In this document: one piece after another, positions 37,812 through 50,234 of the stretch
Position numbering within the stretch: the first letter of the stretch is position 1
Layout: each line of letters opens with the position of its first letter
From: Octopus sinensis
Lineage: Eukaryota
Direction: 5' to 3'
Length of the DNA: 64,000 bases
NCBI RefSeq assembly: GCF_006345805.1
Contig: NC_043001.1
Location: 17,236,001-17,300,000, forward strand
Notes under the pieces: generated by a model
Databases searched by the model: none
What the model was told of the DNA's origin: nothing
Seen by the model: only the letters and a program-made list of their open reading frames with translations
Made by a program: the position numbers and the translations under genes

Positions 37812-38512
37812 GTTTCTTTATTGGCCACACAGGGCTGCACACAGATGGGACAAGTTACAAGGTAGAGCTTTTCTTTTGGGGGATGAAGAGAACAAAAAAC
37901 AAAAGAAAAAAAGGGGGTGGCGTAGGTTTTCGATCAAGAGGGATCGTAAAAGGGAGGAAAAGAACAAAAACAAAAAAAAATTGAATAAAATAAAAAGAAT
38001 AAAAAGAAAAAAAATGAAAAGGAAAAGGAACAAAAGGAAAGAGAAATGAAAAAAGAAGAAAAAGGGGAAAAAAGGGGAAGAGGAAAAAAAAGAACGATCA
38101 ATAGGGATCGTGTATCACAGTGTTATGATATATGGTGTAAAGGGGAAAGCAAGTAAGGTTTATCCGTGGGAAGAAAAGCCTACGAAAAAGACCACGGTAA
38201 CCTTGGTCAATATTGTTATATGTTACCACATTTGTTTGCAAGTGGGTAACCCTCTGTTTTCAATTTCTGGGTTCATAGGATTATGCTCAAGGTGGCTTCG
38301 TCATTCATACGTGCCATCCTTGCTACATTCACCCATCTTTTTTTAAAACATTCGCTAGACAAAACTTGCCTCTCTACTCTCACTTTCCTTTTCAAGTGGT
38401 ACTTGAAGAAGTTGATGAGAGATTGACCAGAGAGGAAAGTGTTTGTCTCCAATCCTTTCAGACGCGTCCACCAGATACATTCTTTCGCCATAGCCACAAG
38501 GATGATGAAAAT

Positions 38513-38513
<1 letters not shown>
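37812..38513 (-). mobile_element. Tx1/L1-clade LINE 3' end (ORF2 C-terminus and 3'UTR) in (GATA)n
   Basis: [35 protein letters not shown] resembles a Tx1 ORF2 C-terminus. Ends TGTGTGGCCAATAAAGAAAC. Confidence 0.75.
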
Positions 38514-38595
<82 letters not shown>

Positions 38596-38596
38596 T

Positions 38597-38890
38597 GTTT
38601 CTTTTTTAGACACACGGGGCTGCACACAGACGGGACAGATTACAAAGTAGAGCTTTTCCTTTGGGGGAAGAGAAGAAAAAAAAGTGGGGTAGGTTTTCGA
38701 TCAAAAGAGATCATAAAAGGGAAAGAAAAAAACGATCAATAGGGATCGTTTATCACAGTGTCATGGTGTAAAGGGGGAAGCAGATAAGGTTTATCCATGG
38801 AAACAAAAGCCTACGGAAAAGACCACGGTAACCTCGGTCAATAATGTTACATGTTACCACATTTGTTTGCAATTAGGTAACCCTCTGTTT
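38597..38890 (-). mobile_element. Tx1-like LINE 3'UTR fragment in (GATA)n
   Basis: Homologous to 37812-38260 and flanked by GATA repeats on both sides. Confidence 0.8.
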
Positions 38891-38977
<87 letters not shown>

Positions 38978-39299
38978 CGAATTTTGTTCGTCTCTTGTTT
39001 TGGAAGACGACCAAGAAAGCTCTTAGACAACTGACTGCACATCTTAAAGACCATCAGCAATCTGTAAGGCAATTCCCAGTGGATGAGATTGGATCGCGGT
39101 TGCTTACTACCTACATTACACAGTCTGCATGCTCTTACGAATGTGGAAACTAAATAAGTAGCTGTATTTCTGGGCTGCTAACGTGCACGTTACTCCAAAT
39201 CCCTGAACGAAAATACAGTCTACTCGTGACCCTGAGAAATCCAAGTTTTGTACTAGAATAAAATTATAGTGTTGAAGGGCTGAGGTGGACGATCAGCCT

Positions 39300-39910
39300 A
39301 ACTCTCTCGTTCCTGAGATCTAGGACCCATGGCAAGGATGCAGCGAGATATCTAGAGCGATCTACGTATCTTACCGTTACCTGAGGTGTGCGTCACACAG
39401 TGACGTTGTTGGATATTGTCTTTGTATTCGTTGCAATTGGACCATTAACGATGGAATTTTTTTTCAGTACAGAATACCGGAAATATCCAGTCTTTGCATA
39501 GATAAGGTGGCAAATTTTAATAGTTTTCACCGTGAGTTTCAGACTATACAGCTACGCTGAACCTAGTTTTGTTAGTCATCCGATACTGTTTGCCAGGGGT
39601 AGGTACACTACTTCACGTAGGCAGTTTGTGAAGTCGAAGGAGAGTGTTGAGTGCCAGATGAGATCCAACAGCAGAAAAACTGTCCTCAAAAGTTATTCTC
39701 TTACTCCCTCCCTTACGCAACATCCAAATAATCGAAGAAAACGGACTTCAGAACCGCGTTTAAAACAAGATATTATATTTCCGACAAATATGACTCCACT
39801 GTGTAAAGCACTCCAGTATAAACATACATTATACTTAGTTACACGAGCGCGCAAATAAATTAACAGATATGGCAAGGAACAGGTGCGTGCACCTGCGAGA
39901 GATATGGCGT
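39300..39910 (-). promoter_or_regulatory. unique, CpG-containing region; possible promoter / 5'UTR exon
   Basis: Non-repetitive. Minus-strand CAG|GTAACG donor at ~39380, candidate CCTTACAG acceptor near 39060 and ETS-like TTCCGG. No protein identified. Confidence 0.25.
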
Positions 39911-40136
39911 CAGTTAGTAATAGTTACGTACATATATTTATTAATGCATATGTATGTGTGTGTGTATGCAAGACTATATATATGTGTGTGAAAGGATGCA
40001 TAGATAGCAAGATGTATAATTAGATTGATGAATAGGCAGGTATATATATGTTTATATATGTATGTACGTATGCATGTATATCTATCTATCTATTATCTAT
40101 ACCTATATATATATATATGTATATATGTATGTATAC

Positions 40137-40167
<31 letters not shown>

Positions 40168-40259
40168 CATTCATACACATGTATGTATATATATATATAT
40201 AATATATATATATATATATGTACACACATTCATACACATGTATGTATATATATATATAT

Positions 40260-40291
<32 letters not shown>

Positions 40292-41379
40292 CATATATAT
40301 ACATATATTTTTGTGCGTAAATACAACTCCACCTCCACACGTACACAGACACATATACACATTTATATACATATATACACGCGCATACATACACACATGC
40401 ATACATACATACTTACATACATACATACATACATACACACATACATAGAGATATACATACGATGCATATGTGTCTGTGCGTCTTCATCCTTGAGTATATG
40501 TGAGCGTGAGTATATGTTCGCATGCATGTGTGTTTTAGCAGCACATGCATGCTCGGATGTGTATGTTTGCATGTCTGTACTTTTTACTTACGTGTCATTG
40601 ACCTTTTATTTGAATTAACATATATATAATTGAATACAGAATTGAGAAAAAAAAATCTGATCTTGTTACACCATAATAATTGCTTTTAACCCATTTAACG
40701 TCGCTGTGAAGTGGTTGTATGTAAAGCAATGTTTTAACCCAGACTACAACTCACCGCTTATTTTTCTTCCTCTCACAGTAAAACGCTATCAGCTAACAAC
40801 ATACCAAGTCTGCGATTATATACAGCTGGGTATTTAGTTAGATTTAGCTTCAGCGGTATTCTTTCCCTGAGTAGACATGTACTCTCAAGGTCACTTGCCG
40901 ATTTCTTTTTTTTATATTTTACTTTATCTTTTAATGTTTTATTTTTTATCTATTTATTTGGTTGTATTACGTACATACATACATACATACATACACACGC
41001 ATGTAAGTATGTATGTATGAATGTATGTATGTTGTATGTTTTCTGCTTTCGGTCTTCATAGAGTTAACACTATGACAGCTCATAACTATTATCAATGTCT
41101 GAAAGATTCATGTTACCAAGAACAGAAAGACGATTTTTGTGTAAATTTCTGTTGAGGCAAGTAATTTAAATGTGACCTTGTGTGTGTGTGTGTGTGTGTG
41201 ATTTTGTTTTAGTGCTACAAGAGAGCATCGAGAATATATGCACAGATGTACCAGCAGACAACAAGATAAACGGTTCGTATCCAGCCAACGGCATTGAGTT
41301 ATTTGTATTACTATTCTTTCAAGGCAGCTAGCGGGCAAAATCGTTAGTACGTCGGACGAAATGCTTGGCGACATTTTGT

Positions 41380-42030
41380 AAGTGGATTTTGTAGGCGGAA
41401 ACTGAAAGGAGCCCGTCGTGTATATGTATATATATGTATATGTATGTGTGTGTGTATATGTTTGTTATTTCTTTATTGCCCACAAGGGGTTAAACATAGA
41501 GGGGACAAACAAGGACAGACAAAGGGATTAAGTCGATTACATCGACCCCAGTGCGTAACTGGTACTAAATTTATCGACCCCGAAAGGATGAAAGGCAAAG
41601 TCGACCTCGGCGGAATTTGAACTCAGAACGTAACGGCAGACGAAATACCTATTTCTTTACTACCCACAAGGGGCTAAACACAGAGGAGACAAACAAGGAC
41701 AGACAGACGGATTAAGTCGATTATATCGGCCACAGTGCGTAACTGGTAATTAATTTATCGACCCCGAAAGGATGAAAGGCAAAGTCGACCTCGGCGGAAT
41801 TTGAACTCAGAACGTAACGGCAGACGAAATACGGCTACACATTTTGCCCGACGTGCTAACGTTTCTGCCAGCTCGTATGTGTATATGTTTGTGTGCCTGT
41901 GTTTGCCCACCCCCACAACATTGCTTGACAACCGATGCTGGTGCGTTTACGTCCCCGTAACTTAGCGGTTCGGCAAAAGAGACCGATAGAATAAGTACTA
42001 GGCTTACAAAGAATAAGTCCTGTGGTCGTG
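41380..42030. mobile_element. SINE family B (plus) with a family C dimer (minus) nested at 41465-41875
   Basis: The family B body is split around two family C units. Confidence 0.8.
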
Positions 42031-42125
42031 AATAGCCACTTTGTAGATTTATTCCTCACCGTTGTTTGATAGTTTCACAATATTCTATCGACATCTTGAC
42101 ATTCCTTTATGATTAATCTCACAAG

Positions 42126-42184
<59 letters not shown>

Positions 42185-42190
<6 letters not shown>

Positions 42191-42505
42191 TGTAGTCTGC
42201 TTATATTCAAAGCTTGACCACTTCTTGTTATATGTGTTTCACCGTGCATGAGCACATAAGTGGCTTTTGAATCCCTAAAGATTTTTGAAATTTGCGTTAC
42301 AAACAGTGCAAATATATCTCACCTCATGTGGCACAGTGTTGCCTGTGTTACCTGATTTATGGATGTTTAAATGCTATTTTAGACTAGCAGGGGATTTGCA
42401 TGTCTTATTGCAAATAACGCATATGAGCGTGTCTGCTGCAATGATCTTTATGTTATTTGGGCCATCTACATGAAGATGAATTCTGAGATGTGAAGTTGAG
42501 CTAGC
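42185..42505 (-). mobile_element. degraded RTE-like LINE 3' end with two C2H2 zinc fingers
   Basis: Minus frame reads CVICNKTCKSPASLK*HLNIH and CTVCNANFKNL*GFKSHLCAH, then a short 3'UTR and (TA)n. Confidence 0.6.
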
Positions 42506-43384
42506 ATTAGAAAGGGGAGTATTACCACATGTTGAGCAAGTGGTGGATGACACTAACTCTGAGTGTTATATTTCTGTTGTTCCCTTTTCATTTTTGCACA
42601 CTTTTGTTTCTCTTTTTCATAATCCTTTACCCTAGACCAAATCATTTTCCCCATTTATTTCTGTCAAGAGTAATAGATTCAACATCTTTGTTTAGTATAT
42701 TCAACTCTCTAAGACTGATGTTTAGCAAGTCTTTAAACCTTTTTTCTTTCTTTCTGGTCTTCGTTGTTTTCGCTTACCAGCACACAGTTTGCCATAAAAA
42801 ACTGCTTGGAGATGCGCTCATCCCCTATCCGTATCACATGACCAGTTCACCTGTTTATTTGGCAGAAACATGGACTGGATTAAGGAAACATTTGTCTTAC
42901 AATTATATATGTGTGCGTCTGTGTGAAATTGTGTGTGTACGTGTGTATTTGTATTTTCCATTTCCTCCTATCTTCATCTCGTAGTTTACATACACATTCT
43001 CTACTTTTCATTCTTTCTAGACAGGCACTCATGTTTCTGGTTAATCTGTGTTAAATTTGTTACCTTGTCTCTTACAATAATTTTTATGCACAGAGTACAG
43101 TAGTAATTCACTCTTAGACTATTCTTGCTGAATAATTTCCAGCAATGATGGTTATGCGGGAAATGCCTGTATATGAATATAAAAAGAATTAGCGATGTTT
43201 GATTAAACGTTTAGCATAAAAAGAGTTATACAGGAGATGATGTCGCGAGGTGGATTCTCATCATTGAAAGACAGGGTGTTAGAAATGCAAGCAATCTTAT
43301 CTTTGAATAATTTTTCTTCTATGATTCTGTCACCAGAGACAAATCATCGACCACTAAGGCAAATAGATAAATAATTAAATAAAC

Positions 43385-43870
43385 AAACACAAGAAATTAT
43401 TCAGTCTGACCTTTTGGATATGACAGCCAATACACACTTCCGTTGATACACTAATATCTTTCAAAATAACCTTATATCTGACATTAACAGCATTAAGAAT
43501 GACAAAAACGAGAACTTTATATTCTTTGATAAAAACAAATAACCTTTATGAAGCAGAAAACAACACCTATAAACAATTACTTAGTAAGAATATTACCCCA
43601 AATTACAAAAGAATAATGTAAATACTTAGAATTATATAAACAATAAGGCAAAAGAAAAAAGCTCATAAAATGAAATTAAATAATAGGTAGGAATGTCTAT
43701 CTAAGCATAATGCTTAATGGTGAAAAAGAAATCTTGCTTCGAATTTCTGATGTTAACTAATTAATACCGCGAAAGCTTAATTAGCAAGAATACTTTCAGA
43801 AAAATGAACAAGACTATTTAGAAAGACGATAAGATACCAGGAAGAGATAAACTGCAATGCAGTAATTAGC
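43385..43870 (+). mobile_element. Penelope-like element RT N-terminal remnant
   Basis: Decayed translation SDLLDMTANTHFR..FQNNLISDINSIK..FFDK..NLYE..YKQLLSKNIT..NNKAK..LIN matches the Penelope-like RT leader pattern as I recall it. Confidence 0.6.
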
Positions 43871-43997
43871 TGAAAAATACTGACTAATTAACAGTACTCG
43901 TTTTTTATGTTAAGAAATATTGGAATAAGCCTACAATTTCAGTTACTACTTCCAGCATAAATTCGTTGAAATTCATTAAATATTCTGTGGTAAAAGA

Positions 43998-44228
43998 AGG
44001 CGCCGAGCTGGCAGAATCGTTAGCACGCCGGACGAAACGCGTAGTCGTATTTCGTCTGCCGTTTCGTTCTGAGTTCAAATCCCGCCGAGGACGACTTTGC
44101 CTTTCATCCTCTCGGGGCCGATAAATTAAGTACCAGTTACGCACTGGGGTCGATGTAATCGACTTAATCCGTTTGTCTGGCCTAGTTTGTCCCCTCTGTG
44201 TTTGGCCCCTTGTGGGTAATAAAGAAAC
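43998..44228 (+). mobile_element. SINE family C monomer
   Basis: 18-bp TSD ATATWCTGTGGTAAAAGA at 43980-43997 and 44229-44246. Confidence 0.9.
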
Positions 44229-44994
44229 ATATACTGTGGTAAAAGACTTTATTTATTTTTTTAAGGTTTCACTGTGGTCAGAAAAAAGGGGAGTGAGCAG
44301 TTTAATTCTCTATTGAGATTTCACCAATAGCTGACTATAATTTTCTGGTAGTCCACAATGTATTTGGTCATAGAATTTTTAAATTAAACTCACTGAGTCA
44401 CATAAATGATGCATTCTTGGAGGATAGTTCAATCAATAAATTAGCAACGCTTCAGCAGTGTTCGTTTCATAAGGCTACGATGTACTACGGAATAAATCTA
44501 TAGATTTCGGTCAATACTGCAAGTATAAATTTATCAATACTGCAAGTTTAATTTAATTATATTTAATTAATCAGATACTCAGGACAGTTGTAAACTATTT
44601 CGCTCCGCCATGCAAACTCGTCGTAGACAGAAAATTTATTAATCAGCTTAATTAAATTCAATACATACGATGATATTTTATCAGTAACTGACTACTCCTC
44701 TTTAACAATGCACGATGTCATTGTTTTTATTACTTTAAGATTAAGGGATTCCTTTGCTAATACACCTATTTGTGTACAGGACCCATTCTTAGCAATTAAT
44801 ATTTAGGTACTATTATAAGAGCTTCAAAAAAAATGCGAAGCAAAATTCTTAAACACACATGCAAATTCCTAAACGCATACCGAACAATTTTTAAGCACAC
44901 ACCTGGACAAATATAGGTATATGAACCTTGATAAAAAAGAAATTTATACCTGTCCATTCAGAGTATTGAGTTCCATGCCAAATAATGTTAGTAC

Positions 44995-45270
44995 TATTCT
45001 TTTTATTCTTTTATTTGTTTCAGTCGTTTAACTGCGACCATGCTGGAGCACCGCCTTTAGTTGAGCAAATCAACCCCAGGACTTATTGTTTGTAAGCCTA
45101 GTACTTATTCTATCCGGCTCTTTTGCTGAACCGCTAAGTTACCTGAGCGTAAACACATCAGCATCGGTTGTGAGCCGATGGTGGGGGAACACACACACAC
45201 ACACATAAATACATACATACATACTACATACATACATACATACATACATACAACATACATACATACATAC

Positions 45271-45302
<32 letters not shown>

Positions 45303-45390
45303 CATACATACATACATACATACATACATACATACAACATACATACATACATACATACATACATCATACATACATACATACATACATACA

Positions 45391-45426
<36 letters not shown>

Positions 45427-47080
45427 TATATATTCGACGGGCAAGCTACTTTATTTCAAAAATTTTGCCATAAATTGTATGTTGGATATTGTCTTTACAT
45501 TCGTTGCAATTGGACCATTAACGATGGAATTTTTTTCAGTACAGAATACCGGAAATATCCAGTCTTTGCATAGATAAGGTGGTAAAGAGTAGCTTGCGGG
45601 CTGGACAAAGACATTGATGAGGTGAATGATGATAAGGATGATATTAATGGGAGAAGACAAAAAACGCCCGCCGATTTTTTGCTTCTCTAAAACATTATTC
45701 TCTTCTTTTTTTTCACAGAAAAAAAACAAAACAAGGTATTGAACCTCTTACTTCAGTATTACAATTTTTGGACTAATGGTCCGTTTAAGAATTGGGGCGT
45801 TAAGCCTCTTAAACACAATAACATGCAATAAACATTATAACACTGAGGCTTTTCAACCTCTTGTCATTATTTTTCCCTAACATCGCTTGTGCCCGTACAC
45901 TCCACCCTCGCCCACGCCTCATTCACGACCAAGGCAGGATCCGAGCCGGCGTCGCTCGGCCACAAGTGATATTCCTCATTGAGTCCCTGCAGCCTATACC
46001 CCACAGACACCGTTATGACCGCCATATTCCTCATTGAGTCCCTGCAGCCTATACCCCACAGACACCGTTATGACCGCCAGAGCTATCTGCAGAGGCCATT
46101 CAGGATCCTGTGTGAAGGTTAAAGGTACTCCCTTATGGTGCTTTTCCGTCACCTCTTCTACCTCTCCGCCTCTATAGAAGTTCCTCTTCCTCCGGGTTCG
46201 AGGTAGCCAATTGATTTGGCTTTGTCCCTAAGGACAGTTTTTTCTTTATATGGCCAGGCTCCAGACACCGATGACACCTGGGTAGGTGGGGGCGACCCTC
46301 AAGAATCACCGGGTACCTGCACCCAATTATTTTCAAAAAATCTGACGTAACCAGATCCATGGCTGATTTGGTCCACGGGGTCAAAACAGCAAAAAAGTAT
46401 TTTTGGCATTCAGGTACTCCAAGCCCTAAGGTACTCCAATTACAACCTGGACTGTTCCACTTGAAATACAGGTTTCCAACGTAGTTGTAAAAATACACAC
46501 TATTTACAAACAGGTACTCCAAGCCCTAAGGTACTCCAATTAGAACCTGGTCTGTTCCACTTGAAATACAGGTTCCCAACGTAGTTGTAAAAATACACAG
46601 TATTTACAAACAGCGAACGACTTTTTGGTGGCAGAATACGTCACCAAACTATACTTCCCACAATGAGAAAAAAAATGTCACTTCATGTGAACACTTGAAA
46701 TACAGCTTTCCAATAAAGTTAAATGTTGTTGTAAAAGCATACACTGTTAAAATGTGAACAACCTTTGGTTGAAGGATACGCCCACAAAACTGTACTTCCC
46801 ACAATGAGAAAAAAAATTTCATTTAATATGAACCATATTGCTGAACTGCAAGCAGGCCAACATCCTGAATCCACTGAGGACCCCTTGTTTGTAAAACAAT
46901 ATAAGCACAGACAACGACCCCCACTGGGCCCAAGGGACAAAGTCTTGCTGCAGCTTCTTTTGGCAGGCTAAACACTGCCGGCTATCTTCCTCGGTGCACA
47001 ACACAATGACACATGCGCACACTGACAACAGAGACTCATGGATAAGCAAGCTATTTACCACACAGCCACTCCTGCGCCTA
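44995..47080 (-). mobile_element. SINE family B split by ORF1-only element copy 3
   Basis: Head GGCGCAGGAGTGGCTGTGTGGTAAATAGCTTGC at 47043-47080, tail at 44995-45440. Confidence 0.85.
45451..47042 (-). mobile_element. ORF1-only Tx1/L1-derived element, copy 3 (rearranged)
   Basis: Contains LTPWT..DFLKIIGCRYPVILEGRP..CHRCLEPGHIK and FYRGGEVEEV..TQDPEWPLQIA, the same 3' module as the other copies, and is flanked by A(A/G)TAGCTTGC. Confidence 0.85.
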
Positions 47081-47125
47081 TGTAAAGTGTTGCATTTTAC
47101 ACTCATACATACATACATACATACA

Positions 47126-47159
<34 letters not shown>

Positions 47160-47260
47160 AATACATACACACATACATACATGTATACATACATGCACGC
47201 ATACATACATACATACATACATACATACATACACACGTACATACCTACATACATACATAC

Positions 47261-47299
<39 letters not shown>

Positions 47300-47437
47300 A
47301 CAACTATGGAAGAGGTTGCAAGAAGCAACGAAAATTTCAGAAAAAAATCGTGAATGAGCGGAATTCAAACAGGTGAGTGTGTTAATTAATAATGCATTAA
47401 AACAGAATAACTCTCCCCAGATACGACAAGATGTGTG

Positions 47438-47483
<46 letters not shown>

Positions 47484-47599
47484 GTGTGTGTGCGTGTTTA
47501 TAATAATGCAACACTTGTAGAATATATCATTTTGTCCGCACTTTTGCTAAAAGTTGGCCACACTGTCTTTTCAGTACTCGTATGGTGCTAAAAAGTGGT

Positions 47600-49062
47600 A
47601 CTTTTGTGGTTATGTACTCTTACCTTCATTGCTGCAGTTTTCTTTTTCTTTTTTCTTTTCTTTTTTCTTTGTTACAGAGTTAGCATGGCCACCCCACTGG
47701 CAGTATGCCCCAAAGAAAAACAGTGATTAGTGATCAGATTTCTCTGGTCTGAAGATGTATCAGGGGCTGTAATTGATCGCAGGCTCTCAGTAGAATACGG
47801 GGACAGCACTCTACCGCGTAGAAGTGTGTATGGGTGATCCAGAAGTTTAAAAATGGCCGAACAAGCACAAAAAGGGAGAAGTACGCCTATTAACTTTAAC
47901 CACTGACATGAAAATACAACAAGTTTAAGAGATGAAGGCGGCGAGCTGGCAGATTTGTTAGGACGCCGGGCGAAATGCTTCGCGGTATTTCCTCTACCTG
48001 AGTTCAAATTCCGCCGAGGTCCTGAGTTCAAATTCCGCCGAGGTCGACTTTGCCTTTCATCTTTTCGGGGTCGATTAAATAAGTACCAGTTACGCACTGG
48101 GGTCGATATAATCGACTTAATATCTTTGTCTGTCCTTGTTTGTCCCCTCTATGTTTAGCCCCTTGTGGGTAATAAAGAAATAAGTTTAACAGATGGTTCT
48201 GGCGAATCGACGTGTGGCTATCACTAAGGTGGCATGTTCTCTGCAAAATCGTCACGGTTCTGCATTCCAAAATATCCACGACAAGCTTCGCTTCCGCAAA
48301 GTCTGTGCGAGATTGGTGCCAAGAGAGCTTACCAAAGCGCATAATCACAAGCGTGTAGGAGATCTAACAATGCTTGGTCAACCGCTACAATGATGAAGGC
48401 AAAGCTCTTTTGAAGAGAATAGTCACATGAGATGAGACGTGGGCCATCGTTTTGAGACAGAATCTAAAAGCTAGAGTATAGACTGGAAACACCCCGAATC
48501 GCCACCGAAAAAGAAATTCAAGGTTCAAACTTTTGCAGAAAGTAACGCTAACTGTTTTTGGGGACGCAAATGGGCCTATGCTGGAGCATTACCTTGAAAA
48601 GGGTTTCACAGTCACCAGCATAGGCTACAGTGAAATATTGGCCAACCAACTGAAACTAGCAATTCCCACAGGACACCGAGGCCTGCTATCAAAGCATATT
48701 GAATGACAATGCACGCCAATATAAGCTGCTCATACCGTCGAAATTGGGGTTCGGGTTGCTGGGACAACCTGCATACAGACCAGATCTCGCCCCTTCTGAC
48801 TATCATGTCTTTCGATGGGATAGTCAAACATCCTTTACGAAGCCGTCGATTTGCTACGGACGAAGAACCACAGGTAGGTGTGCGTAAATGGCTGCTCCAC
48901 AGCCGAAAGCCTTTTCTGGAGGAATAAACAAGCTTGTGGCTCGCTAGATGAAGTGCATCGAAAAGCAAAGAGACTACGTTGCAAAAGGATGCAAGTTCAA
49001 TCTACTTTTGTTTTAATAAATTTCAAAACTAAGAATGCGTCTAATTTTGATTTAACCTCGTA
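47600..49062 (+). mobile_element. decayed mariner (D,D34D) transposon interrupted by a SINE at 47935-48185
   Basis: MATPLAVCPKE..VIRFLWSE, RKVCARLVPRELT, RIVT*DETW, DNAR and PAYRPDLAPSDYHVF motifs. Right TIR ends CCTCGTA. Confidence 0.85.
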
Positions 49063-49069
49063 CACACAT

Positions 49070-49482
49070 ATCTATTTCTTTATTGCCCACAAGGGGCTAA
49101 ACATAGAGGGGACAAACAAGGACAGACAAACGGATTAAGTCGATTATATCGACCCCGGTGCGAAACTGGTACTTTATTTATCGACCCCGAAAGGATGAAA
49201 GGCAAAGTCGACCTCGGTGGAATTTGAACTCAGAACGTAACAACAGACGAAATACCTATTCCTTTACAACCCACAAGGGGCTAAACACAGAGAGAACAAA
49301 CAGGGACAGACAAACGGATTAAGTCGGTTATATCGACAACAATGTGTAACTGGTACTTAATTTATCGACCCCGAAATGATGAAAAGCAAAGTCGACCTCG
49401 GCGGAATTTGAACTCAGAACGTAGCAGCAGACGAAATACCGCGAAGCATTTCACCCGGTGTGCTAACGATTCTGCCAGCTCG
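49070..49482 (-). mobile_element. SINE family C dimer
   Basis: Two bodies with the invariant junction. Confidence 0.85.
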
Positions 49483-49540
49483 CAGCCTCGTACATACATA
49501 TGTAAGTACACACATATATATATGTGTGTGTACGTTTGTT

Positions 49541-49608
<68 letters not shown>

Positions 49609-50234
49609 TGTGTGTGTATGAATATGTATAACCATAGTTATTGGTCATATATTAAAAGTCCATTGAGATTTTCTGTAGGTATTGTATGAAAATACATCCC
49701 CGATGAGTTTTACAAATATTAACAGTTTACTGTACCAGCTGCACTCATTTCGTTATTCAAAATTTTTAGCGGTGTTTTGTTTGAAATTCATGGCATTCAG
49801 GTTTTATTTACACAGAGTTGTTTCTTTTATGTAAATAAATGTATCTATAGCAAACAAATATCTCTTTGGCCTCCTGCTGATAAAATATATGTCTATGTTT
49901 TTTTATATGCGTCCATGTCACTGAAAATAGTTATACACGGAATAAAAACAAGTTTGATTTATGTTCACTTCATATACATATGTACATAGCGTAGCCTACT
50001 GTTTAGGATGGTGCACTCACCATTACACGGACCAGGTGGGCGCCGTATTTTTAAAGTAAATCAGTTCATCTCACGCAACTCTGCAATCATTTCAACATCT
50101 GACGTATTGTACAGCGTGCGCCTGTACTGGCAATGTCAGTTCGTTGAAGAGAATGATGTAATGTTTAGTACAAGCATTTAATCATTATAAAAGAAAATCC
50201 CTGTGCAGGCTGATCAGCAAGAAATTGTAGATCC

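Noticed and set aside
42529-42984. 151-aa hydrophobic ORF
   Set aside because: Low-complexity T-rich sequence with no recognisable motif.
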